Assembly (NCBI GenBank): GCA_016839745.1 | Contig: JAEOTS010000089.1 | Coordinates: forward strand, 1 to 40,524 | Source: Promethearchaeota archaeon | GTDB taxonomy: Archaea > Asgardarchaeota > Lokiarchaeia > Sigyniarchaeales > SOKP01 | DNA: 40,524 nucleotides | Direction: 5' to 3' | Made by a program: the position numbers and the translations under genes | Notes under the pieces: model-generated | Seen by the model: the letters and a program-made list of their open reading frames with translations, nothing else | Told to the model about the DNA's origin: nothing | The model's database searches: none | Part shown: in pieces, positions 28,009 to 36,608 of the stretch | Numbering within the stretch: position 1 is the stretch's first letter | Layout of the letters: the number at the start of each line of letters is the position of its first letter

Positions 28009-28476
28009 TTAATCTACATCGATTCCGCAATTCGGACATATTTTAGTTTCTTTATCAATTTTGTTTCCACAGTTATGACAGTGCATTGCTTCATTAAGTC
28101 GTTTAGGAAGGGATTTTTGAGGTGATTTTTCTTCTATTTTTTCAAGTAAGGAAAAGAGGTTAGAAAATAAACCGTTGTACCAAGAATTTTTGAGTTTTTC
28201 AACTCTTAATATTGTTCTCGAGAGGGGTGTAGCCTCCAATCGAATCAAAGTTTTGTTGTTCTTTAAATCGTAAAAATTTATCCGGATTCGCTTCTTCCAA
28301 TTCGGATCGCGGCCAGTATTGGCCATCATAGTTCCTTGCTTAGCCTCTATAAAGGTAGGTTGCGTATATTTTTTTATTTTGGCTTTATGTTGACTGCTTA
28401 ACCATTGCATTGAGAGCTCGAAAGCTTTATCTGTAGAAATTTGAAGAGTTTCCTCATATATCACATTAACATTCAT
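28009..28476 (-). CDS. Zinc-ribbon domain protein
   Basis: 155 aa; C-terminal CHNCG-x9-CPNCG. Confidence 0.8.
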   Translation of the reverse strand: MNVNVIYEETLQISTDKAFELSMQWLSSQHKAKIKKYTQPTFIEAKQGTMMANTGRDPNWKKRIRINFYDLKNNKTLIRLEATPLSRTILRVEKLKNSWYNGLFSNLFSLLEKIEEKSPQKSLPKRLNEAMHCHNCGNKIDKETKICPNCGIDVD

Positions 28477-28679
28477 GAGAGCAATATTTAAAATTTGGTT
28501 TTACATAAAAAATAGATTTGGATTTTTTATAATTTTTCATTTAGCTACTATCTTCTGATAAATGTGCGTTTTCCATAATTTTCAGAACATATACAAAAAA
28601 GTAAGATATAAAAGTAAGTTGATGGTATAAATAACTATCCAATGTGTGTCACTAGCAATTTTAAGAACATGAGAATATA

Positions 28680-30083
28680 TTGAAAATTACTCGAGATGGT
28701 ACCACAGAATTAGGCCCTTATTATACTGGGATAGCAGATTCAGTATCTCCTTGCGATCCTAACGCTAAAATGAAATGTTGTAGTTTTACTCCCTACTCTT
28801 ACAAAGAAACTTTTAAATGGGCTTTAAAAATGTTGATATTACCAGGTGGGATCGCTGTTGCTATTATCATTTTATTAATATTCGAATTATACGATAATGT
28901 TGTAATTCGGATCTTAACCTCTGTATTTTCTACAATCACAACGTTTCTAATTTATCTTTATTCTCGGGAAAAGTTATTGAAAGAATATCATAGAATTCGG
29001 AATTACGAAATATTAGAACCAGGAAAAGAACATGAACTAAATATAATAAAGAACCCTATGCTTTCAATAGGCTTCGTTGGAGATATAATGATGATGAATG
29101 AACATGAACTTGTATTTGATACTCCCATTAAAGAATTTTTCAAAGCGGTTCCTTTAATTATTGGTAATCTCGAAGGAATAATGCCGGAACAAAATAATAA
29201 ATTTGCAAAACAATCTCACATAGAAAAGATTCTAGAACAATTAGCGAGTTTATTAAAATACAATAATAAATGGTTGCTATGTACGAGTAATAACCATAGC
29301 GTAGATTTTGGCAATAAAAAATTTTTTGAATCGACAAAAAAAACTCAAAATCCTAAGGATGAGATTAAGGAGAAATTCAATGCTTTCGGTCGTTATGACG
29401 TACCAAAGGTCTTTGTCGAGAAAAAATTGTGTATATCTACCGCAACGGAATGGAGTAATCAAAAATGTTGGGATTGTACATCTCAATTTGAAGATAGTAA
29501 GTTAGATAGTTATTATTGCTGTGATGATGATGTAAAATTTAACATTCTCTATCCTCATTGGGGATTTGAAAACGAGCGATATACAAGGAGAAAAATTCAA
29601 AAAAAGGCAGAAGAGCTCTTAACATGTAAATCTCAAGAAATCCCTGAAGATAAAAAGAAGAAATGGGATTTAATTTTCGGGCACCATCCTCATACCCGAC
29701 AACCTGTAATTGCTGTTGAGGACATGTTGAAGAAACCAGATGGAACTCGGTTATTAGACAACCAGAATAAAGAAATCATAGTAAAGAAACTGGTAGCATT
29801 TTCTGGTGGTAATTTTACCTCAGGAGCAAAATGGGTTCGTAGGAAAAAACACATTCATGGCATAATTATGAGATGTAAAATTGGTCCTTTAGATAAAAAT
29901 TCTGATTATTACGCTTTAGGTAAGCTTAGATGGGAAAACACATGGAATGTTAAAGATGGTAAAAAAAAGACTGTTGAGATTGGGATAGGAATCGCTACTA
30001 GGACTAGAATTTACATATTACTTATTGGGATAGCAACATTGATTATAGCACTTCTCCCTAGAATCCTTGAATTATTTCCTTAA
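28680..30083 (+). CDS. Membrane-anchored CapA/PgsA-family metallophosphoesterase, paralog 1
   Basis: 467 aa; GFVGDIM, IGNLEG, SNNHSVDFG, HWGFENE, GHHPH, GNF; two N-terminal and one C-terminal hydrophobic helices. Confidence 0.82.
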   Translation: MKITRDGTTELGPYYTGIADSVSPCDPNAKMKCCSFTPYSYKETFKWALKMLILPGGIAVAIIILLIFELYDNVVIRILTSVFSTITTFLIYLYSREKLLKEYHRIRNYEILEPGKEHELNIIKNPMLSIGFVGDIMMMNEHELVFDTPIKEFFKAVPLIIGNLEGIMPEQNNKFAKQSHIEKILEQLASLLKYNNKWLLCTSNNHSVDFGNKKFFESTKKTQNPKDEIKEKFNAFGRYDVPKVFVEKKLCISTATEWSNQKCWDCTSQFEDSKLDSYYCCDDDVKFNILYPHWGFENERYTRRKIQKKAEELLTCKSQEIPEDKKKKWDLIFGHHPHTRQPVIAVEDMLKKPDGTRLLDNQNKEIIVKKLVAFSGGNFTSGAKWVRRKKHIHGIIMRCKIGPLDKNSDYYALGKLRWENTWNVKDGKKKTVEIGIGIATRTRIYILLIGIATLIIALLPRILELFP

Positions 30084-30153
30084 TATATTTGTCAATAAGA
30101 AATTTTCAAATGTAATAATTTTCCAAAAAAAAATAAAAAATATTGATGATAAT

Positions 30154-31635
30154 ATGAGACTGGAAACTTCTAAAGATATTCCTTTGGATGAATATTATAG
30201 TTCCGAAGAGGGAATTAACGGAGGACAACCGAAGGCGATAAAAGCCGAAAAGTGGGGGATCAGTCCTTATGAGATAGAGGAAACTATTTATTATTTTGGT
30301 AAGCATTTAGCGTTACCTGGAATTGCGGGTGTGCTTATTCCTTTAACGATAATATTTGGTATATTTGAGAATTCGCTTATTGAAATTCTGAGCTATGTTG
30401 TTTATGCTGTAGCGGCAATCCTTCTTCTAAGTGTTGGAAGAGAGTTAATAAGGGGATGGAGATATAAAATTAAAGAGGGAGTAGTATATCTACCCGGACC
30501 GTATTATTTTAAGCGCGAAGCGGAGGATTATACACCGTGTATAAATGAAATATCTGAGACTAAATATAGAATAGGATTTGTCGGTGATATCATGAAGATG
30601 AATGAATTTAATCTGAAATTTCATCCTGACATTAAATCCTTCTTTAAGGATACTGAATTAATAATTGGTAATTTGGAAGGAATTATTATTGATCAATCTT
30701 GCCCAAGGTTAAAGCAAGCACATTCAGGTGATATTCTCACACAATTAGAAAGCTTGTTAGACAGTGATACTAAATGGTTATTGTGTTTAAGTAATAATCA
30801 CGGCGAAGATTTTAGTAATAGACTATTTAACAAAACGATACAAACAATACAAAAAGAGCCAAAATTTGATGTATTTGGACGACGTGATATATCTTTTTTA
30901 CATAACGAAGAAAATGACATAACAATAGCATGTGCTACTCAATGGAGTAATCAAAAAACTTGGCACTACACTTTCAAATATACTAATCCCGATATTGAGA
31001 TTAATGATTATATTAATAATACTAAATATCCATTTCGTCTCATTCGAAATAATAATTTTAACATCCTCCTTCCCCATTGGGGCTTCGAAAACGAAAAATA
31101 CGTGAGAACAAGATTCCAAAAAGATGCAAAAGCATTAGTAACAGGAAAATGGGATAGATATAGAGGAATCCAGAAATTATATAAAACAAGACTATCTAGA
31201 GGTATTTTTGCTCACCCCAATCACAAATGGGATCTCATTTTTGCTCACCACCCTCACGTTCTACAACCGATAATGACAGTTCAAGATGAATTTAAAACAA
31301 ATGAAGGAAAATCTATTCCTGTTAATAAAGTGGTAGTGTTTTCAGCAGGTAATTTTACTTCAGGAGCTAATATCATTCGAAAAAAAAAACACATTTCTGG
31401 CATAATTATGAAATGTGAAATTGGTCCTTTAAAGGAGTGTCAAGAAAAACTCGCTATTGGTAAAATGGAGTGGCGTAGAACAAAAAATTTAAAAATTCGA
31501 GTAAATAATAAACCAACAAAACGAGTTTGTATCGATAACGAGAAATATAGAACATACAATAAACCGTTTCTCATCAATGGTATGCTATTTTTTGTTATAT
31601 TTCTAGCGTTTTACTTAATTAATTTGTTTTTCTAA
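30154..31635 (+). CDS. Membrane-anchored CapA/PgsA-family metallophosphoesterase, paralog 2
   Basis: Same motifs (GFVGDIM, GNLEG, SNNH, HWGFENE, AHHPH, GNFTSGA). ATG 30154 preferred over the overlapping TTG 30067. Confidence 0.82.
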   Translation: MRLETSKDIPLDEYYSSEEGINGGQPKAIKAEKWGISPYEIEETIYYFGKHLALPGIAGVLIPLTIIFGIFENSLIEILSYVVYAVAAILLLSVGRELIRGWRYKIKEGVVYLPGPYYFKREAEDYTPCINEISETKYRIGFVGDIMKMNEFNLKFHPDIKSFFKDTELIIGNLEGIIIDQSCPRLKQAHSGDILTQLESLLDSDTKWLLCLSNNHGEDFSNRLFNKTIQTIQKEPKFDVFGRRDISFLHNEENDITIACATQWSNQKTWHYTFKYTNPDIEINDYINNTKYPFRLIRNNNFNILLPHWGFENEKYVRTRFQKDAKALVTGKWDRYRGIQKLYKTRLSRGIFAHPNHKWDLIFAHHPHVLQPIMTVQDEFKTNEGKSIPVNKVVVFSAGNFTSGANIIRKKKHISGIIMKCEIGPLKECQEKLAIGKMEWRRTKNLKIRVNNKPTKRVCIDNEKYRTYNKPFLINGMLFFVIFLAFYLINLFF

Positions 31636-31708
31636 TAATCTTGAAGAGTTCATTTCACCTAAAGTTTTTACCATCGGTTTGTTTTCTTAAATGCACTTTT
31701 GGTAAGCA

Positions 31709-33133
31709 TCATAAACCTAATTCCCGTAATTTTCGAGTAACTTCTTGTTTTTTGGTACCTTTCAGATCGTACCACTTATAAAAAATTAACGCACCCACGC
31801 AGCAAACAATGAAAGGAATTAATCCTTGTATTATCCGCAGACCTAGTAAAGCTTCAAAAGGAGGAGGAATAATGTCCGGGTTATAATGTGTGAGTGTGTA
31901 TATAATTGCGATTATAAAACTCTGAATCGTTACGGAAATTCGAATGAAAACATTCCTAATTCCAATTAATGTAGTCTGTTGATGTTTTTTTATTTTCACA
32001 GCGATTTCATCGTAGCAATCGGCAAAAACGGGCGATAACATTATTAAGAACGAGGATCCTGATACTCCGTTAAGGATGCTGATTAAATAGTATTGAAAGG
32101 CATCTACAATAAAAATGTTAAATAATAAACTTACTCCGTAGAAAGCTAAACCTATTGTATATGTTTTCGAGTGGCCTATTTTTTTAGCTATACGAGCCCA
32201 TATAGGTATTGTTATAAATGAAGATAGAAGCATTATAATTGAACCTATGCTTCTTATATATTGTCCCTCTTGCAGAACATCATCAACAAAGTTGACTGTA
32301 TTCATGCTCATAAGACCAAAAGAAATCATGAATGTAAGATAAGAGAATACAGCTAACATGAAATTTTTTTGTTTTAAACATATTTTCATAGTTTTTAAAA
32401 AGGATATTTTATCCGAGTCGTCATGCCCTACGCTAAATCTTTCTTTTATTACACTATCCTCTTTAGCTCCCGGTATAAATACCGCAAATGAAAATAAGAG
32501 AATAATAACGCTGATAAAAGCAGCGATTGTGAACGATGTTGGATTTCCGGGAACAATTACTTGGGACCAGATTGTAATTGCTAAGAAATTTGCTATAAAT
32601 GTGAAAATTTGTGTCAATACTCCTCCTTTTCTACGATTTTTATCTCCTCTAAAATGAGCAGCAAAAGCTCCAAAAGAATGAGTTTGAAGAAGAGAATACG
32701 ATAAATCGTATAATAATACGATTATTATATAGTAGATTAGAATGGGCAAAACGCTCTCAATTCCTGTTACTTGAGGAGGTGTAAATAGGAAAAAAAATAG
32801 AATAATCGTGAAAATCCCTCCAATTATGATCCATGGAGTATGAAACCCTCGCTTTTTGGTCCATTTGAAGGGTCTATCGGTAAGATATCCCATTACAGGA
32901 TTAATCAGCATACTCCATATTGTGTATATGGCATTTGCGATTGCCATATATATATACCATAAACCTTCTATACTTCTTAAACCAAGTTGGTCTGCATAGA
33001 ATGTCCAGACAAAATTATTAAAGGCTACCATCAAAAAAATATTCAAAAAATATCCAGTTGAAAACATTACCATTTTTGTAAGACTTGGCTCTTCAGGTTG
33101 AGCCGGCTTCACATCATTATTTAAGGTTGTCAT
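31709..33133 (-). CDS. MFS transporter, glycoside-pentoside-hexuronide (GPH/MelB-like) family
   Basis: 474 aa, about 12 hydrophobic segments; NPVMGYLTDR...RGFHTPWI, FADCYDE, C-terminal YDL. Confidence 0.85.
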   Translation of the reverse strand: MTTLNNDVKPAQPEEPSLTKMVMFSTGYFLNIFLMVAFNNFVWTFYADQLGLRSIEGLWYIYMAIANAIYTIWSMLINPVMGYLTDRPFKWTKKRGFHTPWIIIGGIFTIILFFFLFTPPQVTGIESVLPILIYYIIIVLLYDLSYSLLQTHSFGAFAAHFRGDKNRRKGGVLTQIFTFIANFLAITIWSQVIVPGNPTSFTIAAFISVIILLFSFAVFIPGAKEDSVIKERFSVGHDDSDKISFLKTMKICLKQKNFMLAVFSYLTFMISFGLMSMNTVNFVDDVLQEGQYIRSIGSIIMLLSSFITIPIWARIAKKIGHSKTYTIGLAFYGVSLLFNIFIVDAFQYYLISILNGVSGSSFLIMLSPVFADCYDEIAVKIKKHQQTTLIGIRNVFIRISVTIQSFIIAIIYTLTHYNPDIIPPPFEALLGLRIIQGLIPFIVCCVGALIFYKWYDLKGTKKQEVTRKLRELGL

Positions 33134-33303
33134 ATTTTTTTTCAGAGATGATTCTTGATATTATGTTATTCGTTCTATTATTTATTAAAGTATTCAATCA
33201 AAAAGCTATAATATATAATATAGTGTATTGATTCAAATTATAGTGGTTAAGTAAATTTCTTTAAAAATAAAATATAACTTCCCAGAAAAAAAGAAAAATT
33301 TTG

Positions 33304-33660
33304 ATGACAAATAAAGTAAAAGTGATTAAATCTCATCATTCAGATGTTTCGATTCCTTTTCAAGCTGAAAAGGGTGAGATTGTCATTGGTAAAGAAAAAC
33401 CTACTCAATGGGAAGGATGGCTCTATTGCAAAACTAAGGATGAAATTTATGGTTGGGTCCCTAAAGCCTTCCTTACTCCAGTAAAGGAATCAACTGAAGA
33501 GTTCCAGTTCATCCGTACTTATAATGCATTTGAGATCTCAGCAACAGAGGGAGAATTTGTCAAAATAAAAGAAATAGAAAGTGGATGGGCAAAGATCGAA
33601 AATGAAAGTGGAAAAATAGGATGGATTCCGTTAGAAAATCTCGATTATATTGAAGTTTAG
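33304..33660 (+). CDS. Small protein composed of two tandem SH3 domains
   Basis: Two repeats of G-E-x-V...GW...GW(V/I)P...L (KGEIV..EGWLYC..YGWVPKAFL; EGEFV..SGWAKI..IGWIPLENL); no signal peptide. Confidence 0.85.
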   Translation: MTNKVKVIKSHHSDVSIPFQAEKGEIVIGKEKPTQWEGWLYCKTKDEIYGWVPKAFLTPVKESTEEFQFIRTYNAFEISATEGEFVKIKEIESGWAKIENESGKIGWIPLENLDYIEV

Positions 33661-33666
33661 AATAAT

Positions 33667-35022
33667 TTAGAAAAAACCAATTTGTTCCTGCAGATTTCGA
33701 TACAACTCAGATAGAGTAGGATGTGCGTGGATTAGTTGTCGGAATATGGATAAACCATTTGGGAGATAAATAAGAGGAAGAATTTCATGGATTAAAATAT
33801 CTGCTCCTTCTCCAATAATGTGGCATCCTAATATTTGGTCTTTGTTATTATAGAGTAATTTCATGATACCACGCTTAAGTTTCATTAAATGAGCTCTAGA
33901 ATTTTTTGGAAAAACGGTTTGAACAACATTGTATTCAACTCTATCCTCTCTTAATTGTTGCTCTGTTTTTCCTACTGAACCAATAGGAGGTTCCGTGAAC
34001 ACCGCGTAAGGTATATTTTCAAAGGTAACAGGAATTTTAGTTTCGTTGAACATATTATGAACTACTATTTTAGATTCCCTTAAAGCCATGTGAGTAAATT
34101 GTGTTTTACCTAATATATCTCCAATCGCGTAAATGTTAGGTTTAGTGGTCTGAAGAAATTCGTTAACGATGATATTGCCTCTCGCATCTGTTTCAACACC
34201 GGCAGCGTTTAAATTAAGTCCTTCTGTATGTGCTAGAAAACCCGTTGACAACATGACTTTTTCTACTTCGATTTTATCTCCCTTATTTGTTTCTACGAGA
34301 ATTTTATCTGATATTTTTGATACTTTTGAGGTACGTGAGTTAGAATAAAAGACTATACCATCCTCCTCATAATACGTTTTAATTGCTGATGATACTGCTT
34401 CATCCGCTGAAAAGATAGGGAGAGGGTTTGTATCAATGATGTATACTTTACTTCCGAAGCTGTTAAATACATTCGCAAATTCCATGGAAATAAATCCACC
34501 TCCTACAAACGCTATTGATTTAGGAATTTTTTCAAGATTAAATATAGTTTCGTGAGTTAAATAATCAACACTGTCAATTCCTTCAATTGGTGGTATAAAT
34601 GGTTTTGTTCCAGTGGAGATTAAGATATTGGTCGTTGTGTGAACTTCATTTCCTACTTCAACAGATGACTCGCTTATGCAATGACCCTTTTCCTTTATGT
34701 AGTCAACATTTTTGAATTCCGCTATTTGATTTTCATTATCTTCTATTGCATCGCGTACCAATTTGTTAGTATATTCAAGCACTTTCTTAAAATTCAATTT
34801 TATATTTGTTAATTCAACACCAAAATTCTCCGCTTTAAGAGCAAGTTTATACAGATGGGCAGCGTATATCATCGCTTTAGCGGGGATACAACCGTTTTCT
34901 ATGCATTTTCCACCTAAGGCACCGTCGCCTATCAAAAGCACATTCTTTCCATACCCGGCGGCTATTTTAGCAGATGGAAAACCAGAAGTACCCGCACCAA
35001 TAATTATTAAATCGTAGTGCAA
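33667..35022 (-). CDS. Class I pyridine nucleotide-disulfide oxidoreductase (dihydrolipoamide dehydrogenase-like)
   Basis: 451 aa; GAGTSG, LGGKCIENGCIPAK redox disulfide, GGGFISMEFA, YAIGD, HAHPTLSE; no C-terminal Cys pair. Confidence 0.85.
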   Translation of the reverse strand: MHYDLIIIGAGTSGFPSAKIAAGYGKNVLLIGDGALGGKCIENGCIPAKAMIYAAHLYKLALKAENFGVELTNIKLNFKKVLEYTNKLVRDAIEDNENQIAEFKNVDYIKEKGHCISESSVEVGNEVHTTTNILISTGTKPFIPPIEGIDSVDYLTHETIFNLEKIPKSIAFVGGGFISMEFANVFNSFGSKVYIIDTNPLPIFSADEAVSSAIKTYYEEDGIVFYSNSRTSKVSKISDKILVETNKGDKIEVEKVMLSTGFLAHTEGLNLNAAGVETDARGNIIVNEFLQTTKPNIYAIGDILGKTQFTHMALRESKIVVHNMFNETKIPVTFENIPYAVFTEPPIGSVGKTEQQLREDRVEYNVVQTVFPKNSRAHLMKLKRGIMKLLYNNKDQILGCHIIGEGADILIHEILPLIYLPNGLSIFRQLIHAHPTLSELYRNLQEQIGFF

Positions 35023-35311
35023 TCTTGGAATCCCTCTTTTAATTTTATTGTTCTAAGTATTTAGAATATTATTATCGTGTTAATCATTTAAATTAATTGC
35101 TTATTATCTATAAAGTGCCCAGTTGGGCTCAAAACCAGATCCACTTTAATTTAAGTCGTACTTATCCTTGAAAAATTTAATGCAATTGCCCAACAAAAGG
35201 GAAAAGAATCCCATATTAATCATGTAGGTAAAATTTTTATTAAAGTTGAGTTTACCCTTATTATTAATCTTTGACATAACATTAAAAATAAAAGAAGAGA
35301 ACGAGAGAAAA

Positions 35312-36607
35312 TTGGCTCAAAAAAATATTTATGAGTACGATGCTAAAAAGCTTATTGCGAGCGAATTACCAAAATATTATCCGGATTTTAATTATCATAA
35401 CAAGTTAGTGGTAGTTGACTGCGAGACTGATTTAGAAAAAACAATTTCAGATAATTCGTGGATAAATACAGAAAAAGTAGTAGTTAAACCGGACCAGCTT
35501 TTTGGAAAAAGAGGGAAGGCAAATTTACTTTTACTAGATGCAAACTGCGACGAAATGAAAGATTTCTGTTATAGTAATTTAGATAGAGTTTGCGAGATTG
35601 GAAATGTGAGGGGTGCGTTGAAACGCCTACTTGTAGAACCTTTCATCCCTCACGAGAAAGAATATTATGTATCTATAACAACTGAAAGAGACGGCGATGT
35701 CATCCATTTCAGTTTTGAAGGTGGCATTTTCGTAGAAGAAAATTGGGATAAGGTTATTCACATACCAATACCCATAGGAATGGATATTAACTCATTCGAT
35801 TTAGCGAGTAAAATGCCGGATTTAGGAGATTCTAAAAATGTCTTAATTCCGTTTATTAAGGGACTTTATCGGGTTTTTGTTGATCAGGATTTTACTTTTC
35901 TTGAAATCAATCCATTCGCAATCACTGAAGATAATAAAGTTGTTCCTTTAGATGTCAAAGCTAGATTAGACGATACTGCGATGTTTCTTCACGCAGATAC
36001 ATGGGGAAATCCTAACAACCCAATCGAGTTTCCAGCTGCTTTTGGACAGATCATGTCTGAAAAAGAAGCGTACATAAGGGAATTAGACGAGAAAACGGGA
36101 GCTTCTCTGAAATTGAAGGTTTTAAATCCCGTTGGTCGAGTTTGGACAATGGTAGCTGGAGGGGGTGCTTCAGTTATCTATACAGACACGATTGTTGATT
36201 TGGGATATGGAAACGAGCTAGGAAATTACGGAGAGTATTCTGGGAACCCATCACGAGAACATACCGAAATTTATGCTCAAACGATAATTGATCTTATGAC
36301 AGAAACCCCCGATCTCGCGGGGAGATCAAAGTATCTCATAATTGGTGGAGGAATTGCAAATTTCACAGATGTAAAAGCCACTTTTACTGGAATTGTTGGT
36401 GCCATCAAGAATTCGGTTGAAAAACTGAAAAAAGCTAAAGTCAAAATTTATGTGCGAAGAGGAGGACCTAACGAAAAGCAAGGTCTGGAACTAATGAAGC
36501 AAGTAGGGAAAGAAACCGGAATTCCTTTAGAAGTGTATGATAGATATACTCATATGACAAGGGTTGTCGATTTAATAAAACAAGCAGAAGAAACAGGAGG
36601 GGCTTAA
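35312..36607 (+). CDS. aclB: ATP-citrate lyase beta subunit (ATP-grasp plus citrate-binding domain)
   Basis: Probable TTG start 35312 (MAQKNIYEYDAKKL); VVKPDQLFGKRGK, LEINPF, VWTMVAGGGASVIY, NYGEYSG, GGGIANFT, VRRGGPN. Confidence 0.93.
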   Translation: MAQKNIYEYDAKKLIASELPKYYPDFNYHNKLVVVDCETDLEKTISDNSWINTEKVVVKPDQLFGKRGKANLLLLDANCDEMKDFCYSNLDRVCEIGNVRGALKRLLVEPFIPHEKEYYVSITTERDGDVIHFSFEGGIFVEENWDKVIHIPIPIGMDINSFDLASKMPDLGDSKNVLIPFIKGLYRVFVDQDFTFLEINPFAITEDNKVVPLDVKARLDDTAMFLHADTWGNPNNPIEFPAAFGQIMSEKEAYIRELDEKTGASLKLKVLNPVGRVWTMVAGGGASVIYTDTIVDLGYGNELGNYGEYSGNPSREHTEIYAQTIIDLMTETPDLAGRSKYLIIGGGIANFTDVKATFTGIVGAIKNSVEKLKKAKVKIYVRRGGPNEKQGLELMKQVGKETGIPLEVYDRYTHMTRVVDLIKQAEETGGA

Positions 36608-36608
36608 A

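Noticed and set aside
28680-31635. Poly-gamma-glutamate capsule locus
   Set aside because: No capB/capC synthetase genes; CapA domains alone do not indicate a capsule.
33667-35022. Mercuric reductase MerA
   Set aside because: No C-terminal Cys-Cys pair, no NmerA domain and no mer genes nearby.
35246-35311. Track's N-terminal extensions of AclB (and of CapA paralog 2 at 30067..30153)
   Set aside because: Family similarity begins at MAQKNIYEY (35312); the extensions look like AT-rich upstream sequence.
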